Assembly: GCF_006345805.1 (NCBI RefSeq)
Contig: NW_021829637.1
Coordinates: 1 to 31,736, forward strand
DNA: 31,736 bases
DNA from: Octopus sinensis
Taxonomy: Eukaryota
Reading direction: 5' to 3'
The notes below the pieces were generated by a model. That model ran no database searches. It had not been told where the DNA came from and worked only from the letters and a program-made list of their open reading frames with translations. Below are positions 11,814 through 21,080 of this stretch, piece after piece (the first letter of the stretch is position 1; each line of letters starts with the position of its first letter). The translations under genes and the position numbers were made by a program.

Positions 11814-12481
11814 AGACTGAAAACATGGACTATATTTACAGTATATCGTCTTGAACTGCATTTTTGTAGATTTTCATAAACAAGCTCAGATGGTTTCAAT
11901 CACTTAAGTTGTATAATTCAGAAGGGACAAATGTGTTTTTGTTTACAAAACAAAGCATTGCACTTTAGAAGCAAGATAGGAACTTGTTTTCGCATCCACT
12001 GGGTCTTTATGCAATTATTGTAAAAAAAATATAAAAACTGTTGACCATTTTCCAGCTCTCGCGTTCGGGTTTAAGTTAGGGTTAGGATGAAAATCATATG
12101 CGAGTTCTGCTTGTGGATGCAACCAATCTATTTGATTTTTAAGGAGAACCGTCCCCGTTATTGTTGACTTTATTAACTTGTTTACTTCCTTACACCCTCC
12201 CTATCAACTCAAACTAAGGATTCATGATATGTTGTCTCAATATGTGATTTTCCAGTTAAAAAAAATTACACTATAACCTATTCAAGCCGCTGAAAATAAT
12301 ACGTCGATACTCCATAAGCGCAGATAATCAAAAAATGGGAAAGTGCGTCGCCTTCTGTATAGATTCGTCTTAACATCTGTTTTCGTGGATACCTTTGTGT
12401 GATGTGGCTATTATTTTTCTTATTTAAATACTCATTTTCAAAAAATCAACAAATCCAAAAATAGACTGAAAACATGGACTA
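11814..12481. repeat. 19-bp exact direct repeat bracketing ~630 bp (possible TSD of an unidentified insertion)
   Basis: AGACTGAAAACATGGACTA at 11814-11832 and 12463-12481. Confidence 0.5.
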
Positions 12482-12875
12482 AATCAGAAATATGATTTAT
12501 TTAGGAAACAATAAAAAGTGTCACCGTGCAATCTAAGACTACTCAATTCCAAGACAACTACGCTTGGATGGCTTGTAATCCCCCTCCTTGTTGGTTAACA
12601 ACTTTTCAATCTCCTTCGTTTTACGCATCCATTCCTTGTCTCTTTGAATTAGCCAATCTTGAGATACGCGAAAACAACGCCATTTCCAAAATTCTGATCG
12701 AGGCCCAAATAAGTTGGGGAACAAAAGTTTGATCGTTCTTAACTAGTGACAAATTACGCAAACGGTCCTCGGTTGATCGGAACTTTTCTTCCCAACAAAA
12801 TTAGTCAGGTTCTTTCCAATAAATCAGATCTGGCTACATGTCCAAAGAAACCCAATCTGAGTTTAAAGATTTTTC

Positions 12876-13703
12876 GGATCACATAAAACAAACGCCCCCA
12901 GGGGCGTTTGTTTAATATGTGTAAAGTTAGGGGCGTTTATTTAATATGTCGCGAGCGCAGCGAGCGACCGAGCGCTAGACGCGACTTTGACAGCTAACAA
13001 GCCTGTCATCAACAAATATATTTATTAAATTATTTAAAATTTTAACATGATTTAAAATTAAAATTGAAATAACTTAAGTTTTCCATTGAATCCCATAAAA
13101 TAATTTATAAGTAGAACTTAATAGAAAAAGTAAAATCAATGAATACTGAACGCTAATTTGCTCATTTTCACCGGCAAGAGGTTTTATGCGAGTGGTTCCA
13201 AATCGATCAGCGGCCACTTTAAAACCAATTATCTGTGAAGTAATTCTGCCAAGATCAATTATCCATAGTGATGAATGGAGGGTCCTGGGTTCAATTCCAA
13301 GTGTCTGCCTCTGCCACATTCCACGTAAGAAATAATACGAGAAACTGGGAATCTTTAAGACGTATTCTTTGGATAACTCCTTGTACGGAAAATGACTGTT
13401 TCTTGTAAAAATCAAAAAAGAATTTTTACAAGACTACCTAAACGAATTTATGTGGCGTGACAACGTAATTGGTTATCCTTTTGAAAAGTTAATGGAGCTT
13501 TAGAAAAATTATTATGTTGTTCAATAAACTTGTTTCTAAAGTATAGTATTTATTTATAAATTTGATTTTTAGTTTTACATTATTTTAATGTTTTCGTCGA
13601 ATGTTTAACATTTCTAAATTTAGGGGCGGTTGTTTAATATGTGTAAATTTAGGGGCGGTTGTTTAATATGTGTAAATTTGGGGGCGTTTGTTTAATGTGA
13701 TCC
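12876..13703 (+). mobile_element. Non-autonomous Merlin (IS1595/ISXO2-like DDE) DNA transposon, 828 bp
   Basis: 25-bp TIRs starting GG (12876-12900 and 13679-13703, 1 mismatch); 8-bp TSD GATTTTTC (12868-12875, 13704-13711); 29-bp subterminal repeats; transposase remnants RVVPNRSAATLKPIICEVILPRSIIHSDEWR and FLQDYLNEFMWR. Confidence 0.92.
13281..13410 (+). mobile_element. Foreign filler inside the Merlin transposase, beginning with a tRNA-like 3' half (possible tRNA-SINE fragment)
   Basis: GGTCCTGGGTTCAATTCCAAG resembles a tRNA T-arm with a Pol III B-box (GGTTCAATTCC, 13288-13298). It replaces the transposase segment between HSDEWR and IKKEFLQDYL. Confidence 0.45.
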
Positions 13704-14899
13704 GATTTTTCCTTCAAACGAAATATCCGTTTACACCAATTTGAATATATCGATGTTCGTTATTTTTAACGTCCAAGGGATTCTCAGTAACCTCCTCAAA
13801 CACCAAAGTTCAAAAAATCAATTTTTCGTCCATCCGCCTTTTTCAGTATACATGTTTCCGCGCTTTATACAAAAACCGGAAACACAATTGCATTGAACAA
13901 TATGACTTTGATTCTTAAGCAAATTTCCCTGCTCTTCCATATACTGTCCATTTTCAAAAAACAACTCCGTCCCATGTTAGTAGCTTTCTTCATCCCTCCT
14001 GGCAGGCATTTTACATCTTGAGTTAAGCTTTCTTTGTCCAAAAGCGTTAGCAATTTTAAGAGCCTGAGCGATGATTTAGGTGTTGACAGAGAGCCGCTCG
14101 GAGCTCTTAACCGCCATTTTGTATTTGAAATGTTTTATTGCAGCACTCCTGATAACCAGTTGGATATCGTTCCACAATTCATAAGGCATCCAGTAATCCA
14201 ATATTTTGCTTAACTTCCGTGGCGTGTCCCGGTGGAATGTTTGAGACATCAAATTTCCTTACTCGGAGAATATTCCAAATGTTGCTAAATTTTCCTAATA
14301 ATTGCAACAAGTAGCTGATGATCTATTCCACAGTCTGCTTCAGGATATGTCTTGAACGCTGTTTTCCAGCGTTTTGAACACAAAATATAAGTTCTTCGTC
14401 TCTGGAGTCAGAGCATGCTGCCGTGTTTCCTTCCAAGAGAACTGTATAAAAAAGATACCTCTACAAATTCAATGGAAGAGTATTCGAGATTAGCCTGCAG
14501 GCTACGGGAAACAGCTGTATGAAAATTCACAATTTCAGTTTTCGGGAAATTCACTGCAAGACAGCGAAAAAAAGAGACATAGCTTGAGCTGACAAATTTA
14601 CTAGGTGTGTGTACTCTAGTCTCTTATTCTTTAGTGATTCCCGAGTCCAGCAGGCGGGAATGAGTTTTTCACTCTAACTTGAAATTATGAGTTCTCCACG
14701 ACCTTGGGAGAATGATTATATCTAGTAGAAATGACTCACTGGAATTGTAAAGGCTCTGATTAAAAATTTCGATTTTTATTCTTTGCAGTCATGGAATTTG
14801 TTCCGCACATAAATGATACTTTACTAATTTATAATGCTTTCTGTTTAATATGACACATTAGACTATGCGTACATACTAGATTGAACAAAATCTGCTTAT

Positions 14900-15430
14900 G
14901 TTGAATTTAAAAGAGTTACTCACGGGGCAAAAAGAAGGGCTCTTCAATCACAAGAAAATCCACATCTTATTACAACCGAAGCTTGTGTAGGTTTTCCGCT
15001 ACCAGTTTCTGGTTGACTACCGACAATCTCTTTAATAAAAAGAAACATCGGAAACTCAAGAAATTTAAATGTTCAAACTCCTCCCAATCCAGATACCTTG
15101 GATCAATTAAAATACCTACCGAATACAAATCAACTTATGCAAATGAACTGTTTCTTTTATATGACAGTGAAGACAGTTTAGACCGAATCATTATTTTTAC
15201 AACAAAAAGAAATCTTCAATTACTCCTCACTACAAACTTTTGGTATGCAGATGACACTTTTAAGGCAGTTTCATCTTTAATTAATCAAATGTACACAATT
15301 CACGGGGTAATAAATAATAACGTTTTGCCTCTTGTGTATATTCTAATGTCTAAAAGAATAGAAGGAACTTTTTTGAATTAAAAACTTTGGAGTCGTCATT
15401 ATCATCAATGACAATTATGATAGACTGAAA
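14900..15430 (+). mobile_element. MULE/Mutator-like transposase fragment (degenerate)
   Basis: IPTEYKSTYANELFLLYDSEDSLDRIIIFTTKRNLQLL..WYADDTFKAV..QMYTIHG..VLPLVYILM and downstream TIMID match the MULE DDE domain (canonical DGTF). Stops and frameshifts present; no TIRs found. Confidence 0.85.
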
Positions 15431-15742
15431 AAGAATGTATAGGTGTTAGGTCAATGATTTCTGTATTTCTCATTTTTGCAGGTATTTAATTTTTAATACA
15501 ATATTAGTTACTGCATTTCTTAATTCAGGGTCAAAATTAATAAAACTTTTTCGGCCAGTTGCATTTTAAGCTCAGAACTGCAAACTTATTGGTTGTTCTA
15601 AGGACTTATGACAAAATCAAAACATTTTTATTAAATAGAGCCAATATATTCTCTAATTCGAAGAGAACATGCTTGGAGTTTACACATGCACAGATTGGTA
15701 CATAAATGACCATGTAGACATTCGTAATTATGGTCCATAAAA

Positions 15743-16350
15743 TTACGATAAATTATACATTAAGACGTGTTTTACAAAGGCATTGTAGATTCTAGAGCGT
15801 AGTGAGGGGTGCATAGGACAATGTCGTAGCCAGTCCTTCATGACGTTTTTAGAGCAGCAGCGGACAGAGTTTTTCTGCGCATTATGTCTTCCCTGTCTCC
15901 AAGCAGTCACCAAGCTTTTTTGACAGTCTCCATGTTTCCATAAGCTGGGTATCCGAACGTGATACATCGACAACGTCGTTCTTCTCCGTGTTCATAATTA
16001 AGAAACATTCTCCAATAGTCTAAGGTGCGCGGATTTGTCGGTCGACACAAAGTAGACGTCATCAGCGTAAATTACTTCGCTGATTGGCTTCTCGTATAGG
16101 CTTTTCAACTCTCGCAAAGCAACCTTGAGGTAGATCACTAACAGCAGAGGCGAGAGAGAGTCACCTTGAGGGGTTCCCACATTTGTCAGCAAAGGTCTGG
16201 ACAATATTGTTCCAAGGCGATCAGTGAGTTCCGTTTTTGTCAGTTACACTCTTATCATTCTGATGTCATCTTCGTTTGAGAAAGTTTTCAGGACTTTCAT
16301 GAGTGAGTCTCGACGGATAGAGTCAAACGCTCTTGACATATCGATCCAAG
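15743..16350 (-). mobile_element. RTE-like LINE reverse transcriptase fragment (degenerate)
   Basis: IDMSRAFDSIRR, TNVGTPQGDSLSPLL, IYADDVYF, then WRLSKKLG..DIMRRK..SRIYNAFVKHVLMYN across frameshifts. Related to the LINE at 29735-31736. Confidence 0.85.
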
Positions 16351-16793
16351 TATCCACTTAGTTTTAGAATATTAACATTACTCACATTAAGTCAAACAAT
16401 TTAAAACGGGAAATGTCTGAAGTTTTCTGAAAGGATTCTTTGAAATCATGGTATTTGACGTGTAAGACCTAGACTCAAATGATCATGTAGTTCATATGAG
16501 TACAAATTTTCTATTTATCCATCGTTACGCTTTAAATGAAACAAAAACCTACCAAAAATTAAAAATCAAACCAATCGAGTCGTAGAATTCACCCGATAAA
16601 TCTGAAATCACAAAAACGTGTGTAGTAAAGACAAATAAAAGCATAACAATATATTAAACCCTTTTGCTCTATCTTCTGTGGATGGAATTCCGCTAATGGG
16701 TCTGCTTTTGGTATTGGAAGAGTGTCTTATTTCGATAAAAATTAATAATTTTTTTTTCTAATTTAAATTTATTTCAAATCAAAAGAGAAATAG

Positions 16794-17055
16794 TCATTGG
16801 CAGATAGCCAGAGTATTGCCTCTGACTATGGCTATAGATATTCTTTTGATTAAATACCGGTGCTCACACGGGTCGCCGGTAACCCTTTCGATTAATGAGG
16901 CAATACGCTGGAGTAGAGTCCGAGTAGAAGGCCCCTATATTCCTGACGTCTCAACAGCCAGGGGGACAAACACTCTGCCATTCCCAATTCCAGCGTATTT
17001 CTCAGCTTTTCTTTTCTCAACCCGATCAGACGGGGCTCAGGATTCTCGATGCATA
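16794..17055 (-). mobile_element. Second CRE-clade RLE 3' fragment
   Basis: Minus frame not in the ORF track: EKRKAEKYAGIGNGRVFVPLAVETSGI*GPSTRTLLQRIASLIERVTGDPCEHRYLIKRISIAIVRGNTLAICQ*; AATAAA and an A-run follow on the minus strand. Confidence 0.85.
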
Positions 17056-17238
17056 ATTTGATATTCTAATTTGGTTATTTCCATCGACGAAAAGTTTATA
17101 ATAAACTAGCTCAGCAGTTCGCTTCGCTCACTGCGAGCTAGCTCCTGCGGAGGCCCTGCTCGCTACGCTCGCAGTTTCCTTAAATAACTATAAATTTATG
17201 TAGATATATAATGCGACCTGCTTTGATATAACCTTATT

Positions 17239-18045
17239 CTAAGGCCTGTGGATAAACGATGTTTGCAGTCCGTCCATCCTTGGCAAATATAAATAAATTT
17301 CTCTTCTACCTACCCTTGAGCACCCCACATACAGCTGGCCATGTGAAAAGCACTCGTTCTCTAAAAATAAGCCTACTACCTTTAAAGACTGTCCCTGGGC
17401 CTTGTTTATTGTCATAGCAAAACTTATCTTCAGCGGAAATTGTAGTCTCTTAAATCTATCGCAGGCCCTTTCATGGTCCATAATAACGTCGACCGATTTA
17501 TATATTCTTTCTCTGCCAGGGATTTTCATTAATAAATCTAAATTTATATTAAGTACCTCATCATTAAGTGGAGCTAATATAGCTCGTTCACGCAGCCAGT
17601 CGAAATTCACGTAGTGTTCAGATAGTTCGGAATAGACGGCATTCAATAATTCTTCTGCTGTTTCTACGAAAATACATATTCTTCCGGTAGCCTAATTTCT
17701 GGTCGTGCATTTCTGAAGTGATTGCCCCATTTCCAATATCTAGAAGGATTTGTGGGAATATGCTATTAACGCCTTGTAAATGTGCATGTACATTTACATA
17801 AGCTTACCTTTTTCACGTGTGTCCACAAATATGACGATTTGAGGCAGGCATTCAATTCATCCGCAGGCGTCCCTCTTTGAATAATTGGCAGCGTCTGTCT
17901 AAAATCACCTGCCAATACAACTAATGCTCCCCCAAACAAATGGTCGCTACAATTCTTGATATCTCTATATGTTCGGTCAACTGCTTGAATGCGCCTTTAT
18001 GAGCCATCGTACATTCATCCCAAACAATTAACCTAGAATGCATAA
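17239..18045 (-). pseudogene. Helitron Pif1-family helicase C-terminal remnant
   Basis: [90 protein letters not shown]; frameshifts and an internal deletion. Confidence 0.93.
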
Positions 18046-18317
18046 TTCTATTACCCGTAGTTGAGTCTAACAGCAGTCCTGACCTTGTTCAGCTGTTGTC
18101 TAAGTTCCCTCACCATTTAAGCACATCTTCCCTCGTTTCTCTTTTTTTGTTATATGGTTCATATTCTCTTGTTTGTTAACATTCTCAGATCTCTCTTTAT
18201 AGGACATTCTTATGATTTTGTAAACGCGAATCAGTAATTTATATTAAATTTTCTACGTAAATTTATTTAGTGAAATTTATGTAAAGTGTATTATCCAATC
18301 AAAGCCATTATACTTAA

Positions 18318-18552
18318 TTGCCTCTATGTTTAAAGGAATTGAAACTTTAGCATAATCGAACTTGTCTGTTTCGGTAAAGAAAATGATAATCAGCTTCATC
18401 TTTGTAGTATTATAAGGAAAAAAATTAAAGCCTGTTAAATCAAGGAGATTTAAATATAGGCAAATTGAAATTTACATGACTAATTTAAATTTTATTTGCC
18501 TCTATCTTTTAAGAAATCTAAACAGTAGCATAATCGAATTTGTCAGTTTCGG
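18318..18552. repeat. Older diverged direct repeat (~57 bp, spacing 178 bp) inside the Helitron
   Basis: TTGCCTCTAT...TAGCATAATCGAA.TTGTC.GTTTCGG at 18318-18374 and 18496-18552. Confidence 0.7.
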
Positions 18553-18751
18553 CAGTTAAAAAGAATCAATTATGTAAATCTCTAATAATTTTTGCTTTTT
18601 CCTTTTTAGTGGTTTTCAAAATCTGATAATTGCACAGTCTATTCATGGTCGATAACAATTAGAGCTTTTATTTTATTTTTTTACGAAAATTTAACAAAAA
18701 AGAATTTATGTCATCGAAAAAAGATAGCTAAGCTAATTAATGGCCTCACGA

Positions 18752-20286
18752 GGCTTGAAGGTTGTGGAGGACCTCATCATGTGAGTCGAGGACTTTCTTG
18801 TCGTTCATTTTAACAAAAACGCAGAAAAATTTTTTTTTAATTTTTGGGCTTGAAGGTTTTGGGGGACCACATCATGTGAGTCGAGGACTTTCTTGTTGTT
18901 CATTTTAACAAAAACGCAGAAATAATTTTTTTAATTTTTTGGCTTGAAGGTTTTGAGGGACCACATCATGTGAGTCGAGGACTTTCTTGTTGTTCATTTT
19001 AACAAAAACGCAGAAAATAATTTTTTTAATTTTTTGGCTTGAAGGTTTTGAGGGACCACATCATGTGAGTCGAGGACTTTCTTGTTGTTCATTTTAACAA
19101 AAACGCAGAAAATAATTTTTTTAATTTTTTGGCTTGAAGGTTTTGGGGGACCACATCATGTGAGTCGAGGACTTTCTTGTTGTTTATTTTAACAAAAACG
19201 CAGAAAATAATTTTTTTAATTTTTTGGCTTGAAGTTTTGGGGGACCACATCATGTGAGTCGAGGACTTTCTTGTTGTTCATTTTAACAAAAACGCAGAAA
19301 ATAATTTTTTTAATTTTTTACCTGAAGGTTTTGGGGGACCACATCATGTGAGTCGAGGACTTTCTTGTTGTTCATTTTAACAAAAACGCAGAAAATAATT
19401 TTTTTAATTTTTTACCTTGAAGGTTTTGGGGGACCACATCATGTGAGTCGAGGACTTTCTTGTTGTTCATTTTAACAAAAACGCAGAAAATAATTTTTTT
19501 AATTTTTTAGCTTGAAGTTTTGGGGGACCACATCATGTGAGTCGAGGACTTTCTTGTTGTTCATTTTAACAAAAACGCAGAAAATAATTTTTTTTAATTT
19601 TTTGGCTTGAAGGTTTTGGGGGACCACATCATGTGAGTCGAGGACTTTCTTGTTGTTCATTTTAACAAAAACGCAGAAAATAATTTTTTTAATTTTTTGG
19701 CTTGAAGGTTTTGGGGGACCACATCATGTGAGTCGAGGACTTTCTTGTTGTTCATTTTAACAAAAACGCAGAAATAATTTTTTTTAATTTTTGGCTTGAA
19801 GGTTTTGGGGGACCACATCATGTGAGTCGAGGACTTTCTTGTTGTTCATTTTAACAAAAACGCAGAAAATTAATTTTTAATTTTTTGGCTTGAAGGTTTT
19901 GGGGGACCACATCATGTGAGTCGAGGACTTTCTTGTTGTTCATTTTAACAAAAACGCAGAAAATAATTTTTTTTAATTTTTGGCTTGAAGGTTTTGGGGG
20001 ACCACATCATGTGAGTCGAGGACTTTCTTGTTGTTCATTTTAACAAAAACGCAGAAAATAATTTTTTTAATTTTTTGGCTTGAAGGTTTTGGGGGACCAC
20101 ATCATGTGAGTCGAGGACTTTCTTGTTGTTCATTTTAACAAAAACGCAGAAAATAATTTTTTTTTAATTTTTTGGCTTGAAGGTTTTGGGGGACCACATC
20201 ATGTGAGTCGAGGACTTTCTTGTTGTTCATTTTAACAAAAACGCAGAAAATGACTTGAAGGTTTTGGGGGACCTCATCATCGAGGA
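18752..20286. repeat. Tandem array: 16 copies plus a partial copy of a ~94-96 bp unit
   Basis: Unit GGCTTGAAGGTTTTGGGGGACCACATCATGTGAGTCGAGGACTTTCTTGTTGTTCATTTTAACAAAAACGCAGAAAATAAT(n)AAT(n); GAGTCGAGG counted 16 times. Differences are mostly homopolymer length. Confidence 0.97.
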
Positions 20287-20420
20287 TATTCTTTCTTATT
20301 AAAATTTTGACAGGAAGGTTCTTAGAGGATATCAACCTTTTATGTGCCTCATTATCGAATAACTACAAAAGGAAGGTTTTGACAATTTGATCTGGTTTGT
20401 AACAATTTGAATGTGGGTGG

Positions 20421-20451
20421 CACAGACAGACAGACACACAGACAGACAGAC
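20421..20451. repeat. (CAGA)n/(GTCT)n microsatellite near the Helitron 5' end
   Basis: CACAGACAGACAGACACACAGACAGACAGAC. Confidence 0.85.
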
Positions 20452-20769
20452 CACACCATACCATTTTATTATTAAGATATTTTAAAATTTTTGATGAAAT
20501 TCGGAAATTTTCCATTTTCCAAATTTGACAGGAACCAAAAATAGAAACTTAAGAGTGTTTACTGTCTTTCCATTTTATCCGCTTTTTCATCTTTTCTTCA
20601 AATTTTGCAATATTTCCGAGGGCTATTTTCCTTTTTTATGAACTTCAGAATTTGTTAGATTTTTACTTCCTTTTTGAGATCAATGTCGATCAAGAAGTCA
20701 AAAGGCTTTTGTTTTGTAGTTTCATGAATTGATTAATTGTATCTTTACTATTTTTTGACGAATGTTTAT

Positions 20770-20806
20770 AGAGGCGGTCCTCAACCTGGGTTCGATTCGA
20801 ACCCCA
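20770..20806 (+). mobile_element. Possible isolated terminus of a hAT-like MITE
   Basis: AGAGGCGGTCCTCAACCTGGGTTCGATTCGAACCC resembles CAG..GTTCTCAACCT-type termini and contains the palindrome GGGTTCGA-T-TCGAACCC. No partner TIR seen. Confidence 0.25.
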
Positions 20807-21080
20807 AAAGTCGAAAATCAACTCAAATCAATCGTAAAATAATAGAAAATAAATTCAAGTTTTAATTTTTTTTCGTTTAAATTGTCAATATAAAAACTAT
20901 TATTTGACATGGACAAACAGGTCCTATGTAATGAAGTTTAAAAATTAATTAACATTTAACAGTTATTTATTTTGGCGAGACATCAATCACCATTTGAAAA
21001 TTCGGCCATTCTCGCGCGGAAATCTCGCTCTGTCTACTGTCGATCCTGGGCACTCTTTGAGGCTGGCCGAGGGTAGCAAG

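Larger units (their letters stand above)
12780..14395 (-). mobile_element. Degenerate, internally deleted RTE (BovB-like) LINE, interrupted by a Merlin element
   Basis: End of APE domain YILCSKRWKTAFKTYPEADCGIDHQLLVA (~14300-14390); post-RT region MGRSCFLKMDSIWKSREICLRIKVILFNAIVFPV..ELWCLRRLLRIPWT; after removing the Merlin it continues SFEGKIFKLRLGFFGHVARSDLLERT. The RT core is missing. Confidence 0.8.
17106..20477 (-). mobile_element. Internally deleted Helitron with both termini (3372 bp), containing a Pif1 helicase remnant and a tandem array
   Basis: On the minus strand it starts A|TCTTAATAATAAAATGG followed by a (GTCT)n tract (5' T at 20477). It ends with the GC-rich hairpin GCAGTGAGCGAAGCGAACTGC and then CTAG|T (17106-17109). 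This is an A/T insertion site with no TSD. Confidence 0.8.

Noticed and set aside
12068-12087. Telomere-like TTAAGTTAGGGTTAGG
   Set aside because: Fewer than three perfect units; too short to call an interstitial telomere.
13281-13312. tRNA gene
   Set aside because: Only a T-arm/B-box-like 3' half is present, with no D-arm, anticodon arm or matching acceptor 5' strand.
14400-14570. Extra LINE RT remnant (LAVNFPKTEIVNF..IEFVE) on the minus strand
   Set aside because: The similarity is too short to assign without a profile search.
14636-14760. Two short hairpins (ATTCCCG/CGGGAAT, TTCTCC/GGAGAA) as a ribozyme or C/D snoRNA
   Set aside because: I could not build an HDV or hammerhead fold, and the C/D-like boxes are degenerate and too close together.
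16756-17072. TTCTAATTT as TSD of the second CRE fragment
   Set aside because: A low-complexity 9-mer in AT-rich DNA that conflicts with the apparent A-tail position; ambiguous.
18752-20286. CRISPR-like array
   Set aside because: Units are contiguous near-identical ~95-bp monomers with no unique spacers; there are no cas genes and the context is eukaryotic.
20135-20335. 66-aa ORF
   Set aside because: It is a translation of the tandem array edge with no coding evidence.
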